Assembly (NCBI GenBank): GCA_054661495.1
Contig: BAAFSQ010000287.1
Span: 1-12,699 of the forward strand
Direction: 5' to 3'
Origin: Zygophlyctis sp. KS116
Lineage: Eukaryota > Fungi > Chytridiomycota
DNA: 12,699 bases
The notes beneath the pieces are model-generated. The model searched no databases. It saw only the letters and a list, made by a program, of their open reading frames with translations, and had not been told where the DNA came from. Shown one piece after another: positions 10,124 to 12,699 of the stretch (within the stretch, counting starts at the first letter, position 1; each line of letters begins with the position of its first letter). A program made the translations under genes and the position numbers.

Positions 10124-11952
10124 ATGAAGGTATGGGATCCAAATGCACCAATGACTTCTTCTTTTTCTCCCACTTGTATTTTTTCCACCGGATCTCCAAA
10201 TCATTTTGGATGTCCTCATTTGGCTGCTTTAAAAACTCCATTGCCGACTCCAGGAATGGATGCGCCAGCAGGCCATTTCCCTCCGCCGTTTGGAAATGTT
10301 TTGCAGTCTTTCCGAATAGCTTTTAGATATCATTTAGTCTCAAAGGAGAATTTACATCATTTGAATCGTGGAAATAGTGCACTTTTAAAGGTATGATGGT
10401 TGATTTTAATTCTAGCTCCCGAATACATCATGCAAGGATTGCAAGCAATCTTCATTCTCCTCTAGATTACATGCATGCTTGCATTGTGACTATCTGGGAT
10501 GTTGGGCTCACGCTAAAGAGCATTTAGGAAATCACTATTTTAGTAAGATTATATATAGATAAATGAAGTGATGGACTTTAGACAAGGTGTTTTATTTTGT
10601 GGAAAATGTCAGGATTATGTCTATGACGCAGACTTTGAGAGAATGCGGATATTGGAGCTAGAGAGGGTGAATGGTCAAATCAAGACTAGTATATCATGAT
10701 TTTTAACAAATAGATGAGGCCAAAATGAATTTTAGAATTAAATCTTGGGCTCCAAATTCTGCTGAAATTTCAATTGTTCAAAAAAATTCAACCATTGTTA
10801 AATGTTCAGGAATTAGAGGTTTGCGAAATTTAGGATCAACTTGCTTCATGAATTCTGTTCTTCAATGTTTTATTCACAATCCTTTGCTTCGCAATTATTT
10901 TTTGGGTTACAAGCATATTCCTGAAAAATGCAACGTATCTAATTGTATGATATGTGAACTTTTTAAGCTTTTCCAATCTGTAATTAATACAATTGATGCA
11001 ACAGGTTTATGATGGAAAAACTTCACCAATAGGGCCAGCATCATTCTTGGCTACTACTTGGGCTGCTGCATCAAATTTGGCCAGTTATTCTCAGCAAGAT
11101 GCACATGAATTTTTCATTTCTGTTTTGAACGAAATTCACAATAACTCAGGTTTATTATTCCGTTAAAATCTTAGGCCATAATGGTGATATGTGTCCGTGT
11201 ATTGTTCATCAGACATTTGCTGGTACTCTTCAATCTAATGTTACATGCCTTGGATGTCAGAATGTCACGACGACTTTTGATCCGTTTCTGTAGGTTTTTT
11301 GCTATCGATAGTAATTCTTTAGTGATATTTCAATAGAGATTAAGAGAGATAAGCCTTCAAAGAGAATGGGAATACTATATGATTGTTCACTTTTGGAATG
11401 CCTAGAAAAGTACTGCTAATTGTCTAACTTCTAGATATACACAGCCTGAAACTCTCGGGCCTAATCAATATCAGTGTTACCGCTGTGGACACAATCAAGA
11501 AGCTACCAAACAGTTATCAATCAAAAATATGCCTCCGGTTTTGAGTTTTCAAATTAAGGTATCGATAATTTCTTCTAAATTAGCAGCGATATGATCATAA
11601 CAATATTGTCAGTTGTTCAAAACTGGAGTCAAAAATATTTTTACCACCTGAAATGGACATTAGTCAGTTCACTCATGCTAAAACTAAAAGTACAAAGAGT
11701 ATAATTTACACACTTTTTGCTGTAATTAAGCATGAGGGATCTTTGGAAAGTGGACATTATGTATCTTTTACTAAGCATAGTGGGAATGTAAAAAAGTCGA
11801 TATTAATTTTAAGTGGTTTCAATTTGATGATCAAGTGGTGACGTTAGTAACTCCGGCGGAGGTCAACAAGGGATATGCGTAACTTTTTATATATTTAACT
11901 TTAAAGATATATGGCATTTTATCTGAAAAACGATGTACAAATTCCGTATTAG
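10124..11952 (+). CDS. UBP8: Ubiquitin C-terminal hydrolase of the Ubp8/USP22 type (zf-UBP + peptidase C19), ~520 aa
   Basis: Motifs GCPHL, RLHACLHC..LGCW, LFCGKCQDYVYD, Cys box GLRNLGSTCFMNSVLQ, QQDAHEFF, CPCIVHQTFAG.LQS.VTC, His box HEGSLESGHY and WFQFDD. Introns 10391-10415, 10543-10568, 10689-10713, 10980-11004, 11150-11174, 11290-11322, 11410-11434, 11559-11586, 11788-11813 and 11879-11906. Stop TAG at 11950-11952. Confidence 0.93.
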
Positions 11953-12196
11953 AGAATGTTTCTAAAATCTGGATACATTTTTAGTTAATTACAAGATTGC
12001 TTGCCGCAAAATTTTCTGTGCAAATGTCAGTGTGGCCTTGTCCAACCTAAGTGTTTCGACCAAAATGACTAACCACAAAAATTAATATCAATGTTTCCCG
12101 ACATTCGTAAACAATTTCTGCATATTAGATTTACTAACGACGAAGCCGCGCCATCTAAATTATAAGTGTCCAACTTATCCGACTTCTTAAATAGAG

Positions 12197-12681
12197 AAGC
12201 CAAGGCAAATTTGTGAATTAGAATTATTGCCCAAAATATATCTTTCGAAATCGAGAAGCAAACACGAATAAGTGTCCCAGCATTTTTGTAAATACAAATG
12301 ATAATTATCTCTTCCTACAATTAATTGAAAAAGATTTGAAACAGGTATTGGATCTGAAATTCTTGTACTTGTTCTTGTGGGATCTCATCTTCAGATAACA
12401 GTTGTTGTAATTGGTTTGGGTCTTGCATAAATTGTGATTTTACTCAAACCAAAGTGATTGGAAATTTGATATACTTGCAAAAGCTGTAATTATTTTCTAA
12501 TTTAAATTGGAGATATCTCTGATTTGCATCCTTTTTTATCAAAATATGAAGAAGTTGAAAGTTTCTACTCTCAAAATATTTTGGACACTTTACTCAACAA
12601 ATACATGTATGGAAATCATTTCTCAATTTGGAAAGATATATCTTGGGCAATCACTCAAATTCAAAAATTATGCCTTGGCTT
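12197..12681. repeat. Diverged inverted repeat: 12197-12257 versus the reverse complement of 12620-12681
   Basis: aagccaaggca-aatttgtgaattagaattattgcccaaaatatatctttcgaaatcgagaa aligns to aagccaaggcataatttttgaatttgagtgattgcccaagatatatctttccaaattgagaa with 54/62 columns identical (manual alignment). Weaker similarity continues inward (aagtgtcc...ttttg). Confidence 0.85.
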
Positions 12682-12699
12682 TTCAATCTAGCTACCAAG
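12506..12699 (+). other. Possible coding fragment of an unknown gene running off the right edge
   Basis: Removing a 29-nt GT-AG intron at 12607-12635 gives an open frame ...DISDLHPFLSKYEEVESFYSQNILDTLLNKYIYILGNHSNSKIMPWLFNLATK. No start codon or family was identified. Confidence 0.3.

Noticed and set aside
2317-10124. AG dinucleotides a few nt upstream of the ATG in each downstream tandem gene, as possible spliced-leader trans-splicing acceptors
   Set aside because: AG is expected by chance in purine-rich start contexts, there are only four cases, and no SL evidence is available from the sequence. It can only be tested with 5'-end reads.
6359-10326. ORF-track entries 6359-6646, 6988-7176, 9869-10219 and 10132-10326, and the upstream extensions of FIS1 (to 7695), RFC4 (to 8724) and Nudix (to 8579)
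   Set aside because: These are shadow frames or mostly non-ATG extensions. Homology and expected lengths begin at ATGs 7608, 8694 and 8714, although the in-frame ATG at 7695 cannot be formally excluded for FIS1.
1-11952. Stop-codon reassignment, programmed frameshifting or pseudogenisation as the cause of the fragmented ORFs
   Set aside because: All internal stops and frame changes fall inside GT-AG micro-introns. TAA, TAG and TGA are each used as terminal stops.

Overview
AT-rich nuclear DNA from a eukaryote with an extremely compact genome, probably an early-diverging fungus or a relative (inferred from the protein families; not determinable here). The fragmented ORF track is explained by tiny GT-AG spliceosomal introns. 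I reconstructed 45 complete introns of 23-34 nt (mode 25 nt) by hand. These give 8 housekeeping genes in the standard genetic code: a TPP1/Est3-like OB-fold protein with tandemly duplicated exons (-, 3'-partial), GPI inositol-deacylase BST1/PGAP1 (-), AP-3 beta adaptin (+), FIS1 (-), RFC4 (-), a CoA-pyrophosphatase-type Nudix hydrolase (+), ISY1 (+) and UBP8/USP22 (+). The most striking feature is that intergenic DNA is almost absent. The CDS-to-CDS junctions are: 8-nt overlap, 15 nt (divergent), 100-nt antisense CDS overlap, 8 nt, 19 nt (divergent), 6 nt and 1 nt. The last ~750 nt have no recognisable gene but contain a diverged inverted duplication. All gene models are manual predictions without transcript support.
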